A stretch of 50,149 nt of DNA, counting the filler, from Sphacelaria rigidula (Eukaryota): the NCBI GenBank assembly GCA_964200075.2. It is 2 parts of 2 records of this genome, joined end to end, with 100 filler letters (N's around TTAATTAATTAA, not from the genome) between each part and the next. Parts side by side here need not be neighbours in the genome. Positions count along the whole stretch, not along the records: positions 1 to 25,028 come from CAXNAA020000183.1; 1 more part is not named here. One strand, written 5' to 3'. The position numbers were made by a program, and so were the translations under genes. The notes beneath the pieces were generated by a model. It was given only the letters and a program-made list of their open reading frames with translations. It was not told the origin of the DNA and did no database searches. Of this stretch, positions 13,265-25,128 are shown piece after piece (positions within the stretch are counted from its first letter, which is position 1; every line of letters starts with the position of its first letter).

Positions 13265-13530
13265 GTGGGTTTCCCACGTCGGTTCCAAGGGCTGCGCATT
13301 GAAATTTGGTATGGAGTATTACGGGGGGAAAATAAAGAGAATACATACTGCCCGTTTTTTTTTTTTTTTTAACGAGTCAAGGGCAAAAAACAAAATCGAT
13401 ATTTCACAAAACATCCTTGACTTATGAGAAAAAGCTCAACGTGCATAATAGACTCCATGCATTTTTTCCCTTCGACACCCCATACCAAATTTGAAGGTGC
13501 AACTCTCAAAACTTAGGTGGCAAACCCATG
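13265..13530. mobile_element. Degenerate inverted-repeat (MITE-like) element
   Basis: TGGGTTT.CCAC...AAATTTGGTATGG...GGGAAAA versus TTTTCCC...CCATACCAAATTT...GTGG.AAACCCA; no clear TSD. Confidence 0.45.
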
Positions 13531-14189
13531 TTTAGCGTATATCTCTGTAAGATAGACCCTCCTAGACTCGGAACAAGGTCACAGAACTGCTCCAGGGGCG
13601 TCCTCCCGCACTAGGGCTCGGAGACTTCGAGACATGTGTTCACACACACAGTCTTCGTCATCAGGAGTGGTCAGCAGCACCTCCTGTACATACATCATAC
13701 GTCCATAGTCAAGTTCCGGAGTACCCAATGGTCCAGTCTAATGTAACTCGTATCGCTGTATCAATAGACAGCGTATTATGCAACTGCACGTGTACGGGAG
13801 GTGCATACTCTACAGCACCCCCAAAGCCTTGCACTACTCGAAGCAGAAAGCGAGCATGACAAGCAGGAGACACCGACAATCGCCTTCATGCCACCTTTGT
13901 CCGCCTGTTATTGATACACGACTATACAATTTCATACCCCACAAGAAAAATATAACTGGTACAACCTTGAACATCAACACTGTGAAGTGCAAGATCTCAC
14001 TCCAACTCAGCGAAGTCAATAGTTCAGTCAGTGGTAATTGTCAGTCATGGTATACTCGCACACATGAGCAAACGCGCCAACACAATGCCATCTCAATCAC
14101 TAGCGATCGACAATGTCATGAAATCAGTACTCAAAGCTGGATACCGTACTGTGCTTGCAAAGGTGCCGGCACTTTTTTACTTAGCCCCA

Positions 14190-14640
14190 ACCTACGCAGC
14201 TCAGATTCTACAAACTGCCGTGCTCCTTCCAAATAGTTTCCAAAGGCTCCCACGAATTTTCATCTCGGCCAAAACCGATCCACTCCACTCATACATAGAA
14301 CCCATCTAATGCCTCTTCCTTAGACATACCGACGGTAGCCACCATTTCAAACTCTCATTGTGGAAAAGCATTGTGGAGCACCTCCTTCGGATCAGCAATG
14401 GTCTCCAGCTCCTTGTCTCCATGAAATTGAAGGTGGGAGACGTGCACGTCCTGTACCTCGCTCGCCACAATGCTCCGGCCGCCGCACACGTGCTGTTTTT
14501 CCACTATCACGATCCGCCAAGGACCCGTCCATGTGCCCACAAGCTTCGGCGTTGTTCCCGAACGCATAACCTACTTGTGCATCTCTTGCTATACCTCGAC
14601 GGTCGACGCCACCTTCTGCCGCAAAGCTTCTTCGGAGTCA
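14190..14640 (-). mobile_element. Decayed Ty3/Gypsy (chromovirus-type) integrase C-terminus plus chromodomain
   Basis: Minus strand reads PKLVGTWTGPWRIV...VQDVHVSHLQFHGDKEL (integrase GPY/F-like region) followed by EFEMVATV...FYV*VEWIGFGRDENSWEPLETIW (chromodomain), with stop codons. Confidence 0.8.
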
Positions 14641-15412
14641 TCCTACGACAGGTGGCGAGGTTATTTCGGGTCACTTCTTGCACGAAGTTCTAAGTCAAAT
14701 CGTCGTTGAAAGCAGCAGATATATCACGCCCATTCATACCAATAGATACCGTTTTTTACCATATACAAGCGCACCGCGAGTGTGGCAGATCGTCTGACAC
14801 ACCTACGAGCCCCTTATTTCGTGCATTCAAATACCCCCAAGGAACTCTAGGGTGTTGCGGCACACCGTCTACTATTATTGCGCAGACCGTAGGCTATACG
14901 CGATATGTCGTTGCTGGCTAGGCGCACGAGGCATGGCTTGGACGACAAACATGGTCAGAAGCAGCCCAGTTGGATAGGAAAATGAAGAGCCAAGAAGTAA
15001 AATTAATATGCATGGTTGCTGTACCACCCGACAATGCAATAGGTGTAGCTTTGCATCCCTGTACAGAACATTCCCACGATCCGTCCTCTGAAGGACCAAA
15101 TACAGCAGCGACTAGGCTGTTGTGCAAACCATAGTATTCGACTTGGTTTATCCAATCATAAACATGAGCGACCCTTTTGCTCAAAAATATGCAGCAGCAA
15201 CGACATGCGCAGGATGAATAGTGTGCCCGTGGAGAAAACGTGCGCATCGTTTGAGAGACCGATGGAGGCTGAGAGGCCGAGAGATTTGCGCCTGGTATAA
15301 CTCGAGAGTAACAGCACGTGAGGGGCGTCCTGAGGTTGACGTCCTGTATTCCCTCCGATTTTCAGCTTCGCTCCACTACAAAAGACACATGCATATACTG
15401 GCCGTGCATTAA

Positions 15413-15510
15413 CTCTTAGACCGCGAGGTTAGTCTTATGTTGAATCGGCATCAGTTTCAAGTGAAAAAAAGTATGCATGAGCCAGAAAGACTAATCTCGC
15501 GTTCTAAGGG
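15413..15510. mobile_element. 98-bp piggyBac-type MITE
   Basis: TTAA on both sides (15409-15412, 15511-15514); TIR CTCTTAGACCGCGAGGTTAGTCT / AGACTAATCTCGCGTTCTAAGGG. Confidence 0.75.
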
Positions 15511-16195
15511 TTAAGCGCTCATCCTTGACTTTAAAGTAACGGATGAAGCCCCGAAGGTTTCATGGTTGGGACAAAAAACAAAAACGTGATTCAAGTCATA
15601 TTCATCATTTGCAGCAAATAAATCATACGATTCGTACATCATTTGTAATTTTTACGGGTTTTGAGCTCTTGTGTCGTGCAGTACACCGCCAACGGTACCT
15701 GTTTCCTACCTTCAGGTCATAGGGAGTAGATCACGGACACATACCAATCGCCGGTAAAAAAAAACGGAATGAATCGATTGTACATGCCACCCATACTTAC
15801 TATGAGGCGTGAATGGCATCTACATCTATGCCAAGCGCATGCCTCGCGCGGGTCGAAGAGTCGGCACATCGTTGAATCCTTTGATCTCATGGGCCTTGCA
15901 TCAGTCGTACTGTTCTCCCCATCTGCATGCGGTTGAGATGACTGCATTGCATATGTTATCCACCGTCGGATGCATGCGGGACCAACAGTCGAATACAGGC
16001 TGACTCCTGTAATTTCATGGGGAGTCAACTCATATAAATCGTGATTTGTCGTATAAATCGTGATTTGTCTCAACCGTGGAAGGTTTGACATCGAAAAGTC
16101 CCGATAGTGTCCTTTTCCTTTGCGTGCATTTCCGTCGTTTCTTATCTTATCTCTTGTCCCTGTCGCTTGTCTGTATCTTGTTTTTCTTTTTCCAG

Positions 16196-16356
16196 GTGAT
16201 GGAATGAGAATACCCCACCACCCTCTGTGGTACCCACGGATGGCCACCCCGGGGGTTGGTGCCGATACAGCCGCGTTGGGCGGCATGGCTGGAAACATGG
16301 CGATGTATTTGCAGCAGCAACAGCTCATGCAACGACGACTGCAACTCCATCATCTC
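16196..16356 (+). CDS. PolyQ/low-complexity protein, exon D (GDGMRIPHHPLWYPRMATPGVG...QQQQLMQRRLQLHHL)
   Basis: Strong acceptor tttttcttttttccAG and strong donor CTC|GTAAGA at 16357. Phase 1 in (G+GT=Gly), phase 0 out. Confidence 0.88.
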
Positions 16357-17108
16357 GTAAGAGCCGCTTTAAAGATTCGGCCAAGGGTCTTCAACACAGA
16401 GAGAACCCTTTTTTTCCACGTGGGACTTTGATGTTAATGCAACGGCAAGCAGCTTGAACATGACATTTCAAACAAGGTTCGAGTAAAAATCGTAGTATCC
16501 TGAAACAGTTACTGTATGCTCGGCAACGAAGCAAAGTTTGATCCCTGGGTGACGTGTTTTCAACCATCCTGCTCGAAAAAAGGGCGAGGGAAAATTGTGG
16601 GTACCACTGTATACTGTACGCATTCTATTAAGGTTGGTGCAACACAAGATAGAAATGAGCCGCGAAAACTTCAAGATGTGACCTTGCGTTGAGTTCATTC
16701 ATCCAGAAGTTTTTCGCCGCCGCCCCCCCCCCTCCCCGCGACCTAGTTTTTCAAGTAGATTATGTTGCTCGTCAAGTCACCCAGAAATCGGAGATACACG
16801 CCCCCCGAGTATACCGCAACTTGTCTCACAGGAAATTTATCAGAATTCTTCGTTGTGTGGGTGGTATGTATGCGCGTACGTCACGTGGCGTACCGAGCAT
16901 GCCCTTCGTGCGTTCTCTGCCCCTTCATGTTTTCCTGGTTGTTGGAGGCACGCTTGGCCTGTGTGTTGTTACCAGATGTACACGGGTACCAACCCGAACA
17001 CGTATGTGGTGACTTATCGGGGTAAGACCGTAGGAATGAACTGAACCGGTCGAGAAAAGGTACCCCTCCACGCGTTGCACACTTTCATCCCCCCCATCCT
17101 CTCTAGAG

Positions 17109-17179
17109 CTGGGTGCTCCGTCTCGAAAGGGATGCGTGGTCAATGGTCAAATGACTAAGGCAAGCAACAAATGAGTACG
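17109..17179 (+). mobile_element. 71-bp 5'-truncated copy of the same LINE 3' end with an 18-bp TSD
   Basis: CCCCCATCCTCTCTAGAG at 17091-17108 and again at 17180-17197 brackets GTGCTCCGTCTCGAAAGGGATGCGTGGTCAATGGTCAAATGACTAAGGCAAGCAACAAATGAGTAC. Confidence 0.85.
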
Positions 17180-17406
17180 CCCCCATCCTCTCTAGAGACA
17201 ATTGTCTTCCGACTACAGCATGCAAGATCATGAGTATATCCTCACTCAAACAACTACCGCTCGTAGATCAGTATATGTACACAGCTTGGCGTAGATAAAT
17301 ATTGAAAAATGTTCTCAGGATGCACGCACAGACGAAGGAACAGGAAAGGGTAAGGCACAGATGGGCAAGATGGACGTGGTGCTAAGAGACTCGCTACTCG
17401 ACACAA

Positions 17407-17958
17407 CAGTAGTGGGCGGTCTCACTATTTAGGGGTGTTTTGGGGTTTTCCTCGCGTACTACTGTTCGATAGAACTCGAAATTGCCAGCGTCCATAGTTT
17501 TTGGTACAACAAAACAGATCATCTTTGAAACACAGTGCCCAATTCAGTGTTGGCTGGTGTTATCGGGCGAAACGGGTAAATACCCCGGTTACCAGGAGGG
17601 TGTTATTGACCGTGAAACACAGTTTTTCGGCCCTAGTGCACTGAGTAGGCAGAATTTCAAAAAAAATAAAACTGTACAATTCTTGACAAATATGATCGGG
17701 ACTGGCTCGATCGACCGAAAATACAGAAGAGTAAGAATCTGGGCTGAAACGTCGCAGGATCTCCCATGACCGATCAGCCCGTAAGTCACTCAATATTGAG
17801 TACAGATGGTTTTTTCTTCTCGGAATGTGGAGCGGATACAAATATCTTTAAACCCCCAATGTGATCAGGGGTGGCGAGCGGAAAGAGCCCAAGAAAATCG
17901 TCAATCACGCAAAAATCACAAAATGCCACAAGATGAACAGTTAGACCGCCCACTACTG
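17407..17958. mobile_element. Tc1/mariner-like MITE; partial inverted copy at about 24038-24195
   Basis: TIR CAGTAGTGGGCGGTCT / AGACCGCCCACTACTG followed by TA (left flank is AA); 24038-24195 is a diverged reverse complement of 17800-17958. Confidence 0.7.
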
Positions 17959-17984
17959 TAGGGCCAAGAGGTCTATTCTGATTA

Positions 17985-18969
17985 TTGTGTTTGTACCGAA
18001 GCTAGACTATGGTGGAGGAGTACGGGAAGAGAACATGAAGCTCGTGAATTAGCTGGAATCAGTATAGATGGCAGCAGCAAGGAAAATGCTTGGATGCTCA
18101 AGGACGACGAGTAATACAGGACTGAGAGCAGAATTGATAATGTACCCGCTTGAAACAGAGACATGGGAAAATTTAAATGGTGATGAGATGGAAGGAACGC
18201 GCCAATAGATGGATTGCCGGCCATAGTTGACGGGGTTGTACAGAAGAAAGCAAGGAAAGAACAGGCTGGAATAAGGTGGAATAGCGTAGTCGAGAAAGTA
18301 CGAAAGAGCATAGAAGGAAACCAAGAAGAGATTCAACAGTATCCATGGGTGGATGTGGGGGGTACAAGACAAAAGTTAGAGATATCATAAAATAAGGGGG
18401 GAACAGCTCCACGGCAGAAAGTAAACGAGAGAGAACACCGAAACATGTACGGGGGGTTGAGAGGGGGTACTGGGATAAAAAATCTCTGCATGGCCCGATG
18501 GACTACGCGAAAAAGTTGGAAGTGAAATTTTTGGTGTGGGACCTGGACCTGCCAGAAAGAAAAGGGTGAAGCGGAAGTCGGGTAGAGGAGGGAAGTATGT
18601 GCACAGAATGGCCCATGGAGCAAACCAATAGGACAGAACTCACATGGTAGGAGGGTGAACTACAGAAGGAGGAACGGGACGTGTTAGAGGGGGAAATATG
18701 GGAAGTAGACGAAGGTGATATGCAGTCGTTTGGTAGTTGAGACAGTATCGTAGCGAGGAAACGGTCGCTTTACTACGAGATAGGTGGCGGCCACAGCCGG
18801 CGAAACAATAAGGGGATAAGATGTGTGAAAGGTCTTGTGTAACGTATGAAAGGAACTTAATGAACGCTTCAATGTTGGATGTGTCTCTATTAAAAGGAGG
18901 AACGGTGCTCCGTCTTGAAAGGGATGCGTGGTCAGTGGTCAATGACTAAATCTACCGACAAATGAGTAC
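17985..18969 (+). mobile_element. 5'-truncated LINE (ORF2 C-terminal relic plus 3' end ...ACAAATGAGTAC)
   Basis: Broken frame VPKLDYGGGV..NMKLVN*LESV*MAAARKMLGCSRTTSNTGLRAEL.MYPLET, typical of the post-RT region of non-LTR ORF2. The 3' end is shared with short copies at 17109 and 2630. Confidence 0.78.
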
Positions 18970-19392
18970 ACTTCCCCCCGCCCCCTTGAGGCTTGGCGTC
19001 GGCTGGCAACGACGCTGGAAAACACGCCATTCACTGCGTAAGCTTGGCAACCAGGTTACATTTTGTTTTTTGCTTGCGTTTTTTTGCGGTGACCATGATG
19101 ATGGTCAAGCTAGATCGAACTGTGCGAAGTGGATAACCTGAACTCCGCGCAAAGAGGATGAACGTGCTACGTAGTGTTTCTACGGTGAGACACCGATGAG
19201 GCAGAGCATAACCCGTGGCTGTCTCTGGAAGTGGTGATACCAGAAAGTGAAGCAACTCATTGTAGCCTGTCATCCATATGCAAGATGATCAGTACGCTTT
19301 GGGCCAAACAATCTCAGTAGGATACAACTCACCCTTCATGCAACTCGCCGAACACCTGACGGCACTTCACGCTTGGGGATTGATTGCGAACC

Positions 19393-19484
19393 TGGTCCGG
19401 CGCAAACCCGGCGTGCTCCGTCCCGGCTTTGTAGGGATGCGAGGTCAATGGTCATATGATGATGGCATGCAAGATCATACGTAC
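19393..19484 (+). mobile_element. Non-LTR 3'-end fragment, second subfamily (homologous to 2693-2783)
   Basis: Direct similarity to 2693-2783 over ~90 bp. Confidence 0.7.
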
Positions 19485-19576
19485 ATTTCCCCCACTCACA
19501 CACACCACTTACCCACCGGTTGCTCCTTTTGTCCTCGTGCTTTGTGTTGCTGTTTGTATCTCCTTTTCGTGTTAAG

Positions 19577-19756
19577 CAGCAGCCCTACGGGTACGCGACA
19601 CCTCAGTTCGCCCCAGTGATGCACGCTTCTGCGCCTGGTGCGTCTTCAACGCAAGGGCCGCCACAGCAGCAACGACCGCCGATGCAAGACGAGTCGTCTT
19701 CTGCTCAGCAGCAGCAGCAGCACGTGGGACAATCACAGCAACAACTTCACCCAGCT

Positions 19757-19807
<51 letters not shown>

Positions 19808-21820
19808 CAAATACAGCAGACCCTCCGGGCGAACTCAGACTGGAATGTCCACAATTTTCTCGTGCAAGCCCCGGCGCTCCAGGCCCCGCAACCTCCGTCA
19901 CAACAGCTGCAGTCGCAACTGCCACAGCTATTGCCACAGCAGCCGCAGCAGCGAAGAGACCAACTTGAATCTTTGGCAGACGCTGGTCAGGGCGGGTTAG
20001 GAGTCGTCGACGGCGGCGCGGGTGGCACTCAAAGTCCCAAAGGCAGTCACACGGCGACAAACGCGAAGGTGGCCACAGCAGGAGCTCATGGCAAAACGCA
20101 ACGCGATGACCATGCGCAGCAGCAGCCAAGATCACAACAGCACGCAGGCGTATCGACATTTAGCGGCAGCGACGGCGGCGGTAGCAGCAGCGGCTTACCA
20201 GTAAGTTGGAGCTATCCCCGTGAGGAATCGTCGTTATTGTCGGCGTTGCTGCAGCGGCAGTCGTCGAATGTAGGCGAATACGGGGTCCACAGAATGGGAG
20301 ACTGTTCTACACAAACTTCGTCGGATCACCGTAATGATGTTGCTGGTGGGGGGAGCAGTGCAGAGGCTGTAGGTGACGAAGGAGCGTTGGCGCCGAGGCA
20401 GACTGAGGGCGCGGCGCTAGTGCCACAACAGCAGCGACAAGGACGCGATGCCCCCGAAAGTGGCGAGCAGCAAAAGACGAAACAGCATCAACATCAACAC
20501 GAAGAGCAGCAACCGCAACCGCAGCAACAGCCACAGTCACCCAACAACGCTTCTAGCGTGCGCACCGCCCGCTGTTCCGCTGAGGAAGCCAAGCTGCTCG
20601 TGGCCGCTGCAGGCACTGGTAGACGCGCGGCCGCCAGGCATGGGAGCAACCCGGATGATTCGTGCGATCGCGGCGACTCCTCGTCGTCGCAAAGTCCGGC
20701 TCCCGACCCGGACTCGCCGCGCAGTCCACAGCCTCGTGGCTCCACGATTGCTTCATCCCCTGACAACGCTTCTTCTAGGACTAAGAAGACGGCTGCGGGA
20801 GTGGTGGCAGTTTCAGCCACTGCTTTTGACGCCGAAGGTGTAGACACAACCTCAGAGGGCGGGGCGACGGAGCAACACCCAGGTGCTTCTGTGAGCTCGT
20901 CGGAATCGACATCACGATCTGCGGGATCAAGGGGGATGTCAGCGGCAACAGCAGATGCGCTGCAGTCACTGACAGACGACACGCACTCATGTTGTGGATC
21001 GAGCAGCAACGATCTACCAGGACCGGCCTCTCATTCCTCTACACGTGGCGGTAAAAACGTATCTCCGATCAGGCATGGTGTCAGCGGCGGCGACGTAAGT
21101 CCGCAGGGGATCGTAAGCCCTAGGAGAGCGGCTGCGCGTTCTGTTAACTGGGGCTTGTGGTCCTCTAAAACTTCAGGAAACGGCGACGGGATGGCTCAAG
21201 ACAGCGACCACCGCGACAACGACAACAACGGTGGAAAGGGGTCGAGCGTAAATGGGAACGATTCCAACGGTCGACCGATGCTGATACGTCCGTCGTCTGG
21301 CTCTAGAAGCAAGCACAAGCGTCGACGCCGTCACGACGGCGGCGGTGGTGGCCACGATGGTGCTGGTGGCGGCAGATACCGTAGTGACTGCTCCTCGCGG
21401 TCGACGTCGGAAGATCCTGAAGTGGGGACTGCTAAGAGCGGCGCGGTGGATCAAAGGGGTGAGCCAAAGGAATCGACGGTTGGAAGCTCCTCGAGCGGAG
21501 ACGGTGGCAGCTACAGCTTTACGGCGTCAGGAGACCGCCAAAACTTCCAATCACGCACGGATGCCGAGGCCGACAATGAGAGCCACAACCGGCAGCACCG
21601 CGACCGTTCGTCGCCTCGAGGTTTCACCTCGTTCCTGCCATCGCGCCCCACCGGCAGGGACGAAGGAGGGACCGACATTTGTCAATCAGGCGGGAACGAC
21701 GTAGCACCCCGCTCGTCGTCTGGGTCATCTGCGTCTTTCTCACCCCCCTCGTCCTCGCACGGTGGCGGCAGCGGTGACAACAGCGGTGATGGCGATGGGA
21801 GGACAGGCAAGATCCGATAA
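19577..21820 (+). CDS. PolyQ/low-complexity protein, long terminal exon E (about 747 codons; polyQ, Ser/Gly/Ala-rich, KHKRRRRH basic cluster)
   Basis: 2.2-kb GC-rich open frame (ORF track 19520..21820) preceded by a long pyrimidine tract and aAG/CAG acceptor, phase 0 matching exon D, TAA at 21818-21820. No recognisable folded domain. Confidence 0.88.
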
Positions 21821-24800
21821 CTGCCGTCGTCACCGCGGAGCAAGAAGGCTCTCCCTCCCTCCTCACCCCCGATGTATTTCTCCGTGACATCTCTTTGTCC
21901 ACCGCGCAGCAGACGCAGACCAGATCAGGTGACAGGGTGGGAGGCGGCGGTGCCGTAGGGAGTCGAGGTCAATGGCGACAAGAAACAGTCGAGCCGTTTT
22001 TCGTTTGAGAGTAGTACATAATATATATATATATACACACACACACATGTGTGTGTGTACCGCACGGAAGCTCAGTGCGGGATTGTCGAGCGGGGGCTGC
22101 GAGGCAAGATGAACAGGCAGGGGCGCAGACTTTCAACGACAAATTTAGCTGAAGCTATAGTGGAACCGGAAGCGGAACAGGGTCGGGGAGCGGGGCAAAT
22201 AACCCAAGTATTGCTGGTGTTGTGGGTGTTTTCGGTACAAATGTTCAGTAGGATGGTGTTCGCTCATGTACACATGCACGCTCTCAGTAGGGAATTCGCA
22301 GGTAACTGGGTACGTCGTTTGTTGCGAAACGGTACGAGGGCATTGGCAGGAGAGGGATGGGGTGGGGGAGGGAACGTTTTTGAACGCGGGGATTGTAGAA
22401 TATGTGACAGTTTGGTTTTTACAAAGGTACTTGATAGTGGATCATTACAAGGTGTTGCGAAAGTTGACAGGCGCAGGGATGCCGCACCGAAAAGGGGCGC
22501 GAATTTTCGGGTGCTGGGGGGAGGGGAGAGCGGGCAAGGTTAAACCAGTGGATCGACGGTCTTAATATCGGAGCGAGAGGAAAACATGACGGGCAATTTT
22601 GGTATCGACATAGGGGGGCTCCCAGCGCTGTTTCACTCGACTCGCTGGCAAAAGCGGCATTGGTTTTGGAGAGCCGCAGCCAGATTCAAATTGAGGGGAT
22701 GGCGCTTGAGCACCGCTAAACACATAACAATCAGTAGTACAGTAGTGTTGTAAGGGGTCCTTTGTTCCTTCCTTTTCTAAACAGCACTAGCTATTTTCTT
22801 CTCTGTTTTTTAGTTGTTCAAATCTGTATGTGCGTTGTTGTGTGTAGCGTTATATTGCCGTTGCGTCATACTTGTGAAAGGCTGGCGTGAGCGCTGGTTG
22901 GGTCAAGAACTGATGAAGTGAACGCCATGTTGGGTTCTTCATGTGCTTGACAAAAGTGTGGTCCCATTTTGTGATGGTGGCGGCGTTTCAAGGTATAGTA
23001 ACTATATGGTAATCGGTATTTGATGTAGCATGGTAATAATTTAATTAGCTCAGTGAAGGTGCTTCTGTTGTTTTTGTTTTATTTTTGTCACTCCTGGTGG
23101 CTAGCCTTACTCCAAGTAGTGTGCTCGAAATATACCGACCTGAACACTGCAAGATGTTAATCAAACCCTTCCCAAAACATGTGCTTATTTTGTGAAAGTG
23201 CTGCGATTGTGTGACCGTGTCGGCGTGTAGGGTACAGTCAGTGTGTGATGAATAACAGCAGCAATGTATACGGTCATATATCAACATTTGACGTGCCTTG
23301 GTGGTGGTTTAATTAGCGTGGTAAACGTTTTTCTATTCTTTTTTGTTTCCTGTTTTTTTTTGTTATCCCTGGTGGTCGGCCGTACTCGGAGTGATGTTCT
23401 CGAAATATAGCGGCTTTTATACTGTAACATGTTTCATGAACCCCTTCCCAAAAAAAGACGAGCTCGAGCATAATAAAATAAATACTTGGAAAAACAACCG
23501 AACGGGAACTCGCGCTGTCAAATGACAAATTGCCCCCTTCGTGTGTCAACAAGGTTGCGCTACTGGTGGTAGTGTGCTGGAGAAAACTAGCTGCAGCAGC
23601 CGGGTAAAAGTCACGGATTACGCGCAAAGAGGTTGAAGGGACTGGTTTACCTTTACAGTCAGTCAAGTTGTAGTCGTCGGTCGATCGTGCAGTTGCGTAT
23701 GTAGAACAAGTTGAACCAACCTTGATGTATATTGGCAATAGGGTTTTGCCTCTCTCTTGCATACGGACGCGGGGACGGTGATGGGATTGGATTATTTTCA
23801 ATATCTAGCAACATAGTCCGCAAGTTGACCTTGTGAAATGGTAGAACGCATTTACGTGACTGGGGGGGGAGTGGGGTGAGGGGAGGGGATTATGTGTGCG
23901 TATGGGGAGGGGGGAGGGGGAGGGGGGTCGTTACTGTACAGCACCTTGAGAACGGACGCTTGGAGGACGGTCATTTCACCGCGGTTATCTCGAACATAAG
24001 TGTGATACAGGCCGCAAACGTTGTGTGTTTTTTGTCACAGTAGTGGGCGGTCTACCTATTCATATTGTGGCATTTTGTGTTTTTTTCGTTATTGGCGATT
24101 TGCTTGGGCTCCCTTCGCTTGCCACCGCTTATCACATTGGGGATCCGAAGATATTTGTATCCGCTCCACATTCCAAGAAAAGAATACCATGTGATTGATC
24201 GATTGCGTACAAAATCTATGCATGTCGGCAATGAATATTGGTAGATACATACCAGAATCTACTGTGGTATACAATGCAAACCAATGTTCTATGTCGTCTA
24301 TTACCACACCTACATTGCAACACACCACGTACAGAGTATATCATACTTCGTTAAAGCACGGTAGAGGAGCCGTAGTTTGACATGCAATGGGTATGTGATA
24401 CTAACTGTAAATACAGCATATGACGCCACGTTTCTACAATTTTGGAACACTTGTATTTTGTAGGAATCCGCAAGATGTGTGGCCTAAAGTTTTTTAGTTT
24501 TGTTGTTCGTATGATGTTGGTAATTCTGGTTGTCCCTCTGATGAACATGATCGCTTACAGTACTTTTTTGTGTGGGTAAGATGTGATTATACCCTGCCTC
24601 CGCGCCCATAGGGTAATCCCTGCATTGAATTGAGTAAAACGCATTGAATATAATTACGTAAGTAGTCAGTCATTTTCTTGGTTACGAATAGCAAAAAAAA
24701 AACCCCAAACAACTGTGATTCGATGTCGATCATGTGTGAACACATCTCTTGATATATCAGGAGTTCAGCAACGATCCATAGCTTGACTTAAAGCCCTGAA

Positions 24801-25028
24801 TATGGGCAACATATGTAATATATCTAACAAGGATTTCGTAAGATTGAGAGTTGGGTGCCGGTTGAGAGTGGCTTTGATCATTCGCTTTAACTTTGCCATT
24901 TTTTTTAATTCCGTGTGTGCTTTTCTTCGTCTCATCACTGCCATGTGCTTACAGCTACACGTTGATATCCTACCCAGGGGTATCGAGGGCCTCAGTGGCA
25001 AGCTACTACAGAGAGAATATTGGGCCTG

Positions 25029-25128
25029 NNNNNNNNNNNNNNNNNNNNNNNNNNNNNNNNNNNNNNNNNNNNTTAATTAATTAANNNNNNNNNNNNNNNN
25101 NNNNNNNNNNNNNNNNNNNNNNNNNNNN
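25029..25128. other. Artificial scaffold/contig spacer (44 N + TTAATTAATTAA + 44 N)
   Basis: Exactly 100 nt; the central TTAATTAATTAA (25073-25084) places stops in all six frames, a typical contig-joining linker. Confidence 0.95.

Noticed and set aside
19572..21902. Antisense and alternative-frame poly-Ala/poly-Ser ORFs
   Set aside because: Shadows of the CAG-rich coding exon on the + strand.
24955..25028. Exon-like sequence after a pyrimidine tract and CAG, cut by the gap
   Set aside because: Neither open frame (LHVDILPRG..., YTLISYPGV...) resembles BASS or anything I recognise, and it is too short to call.
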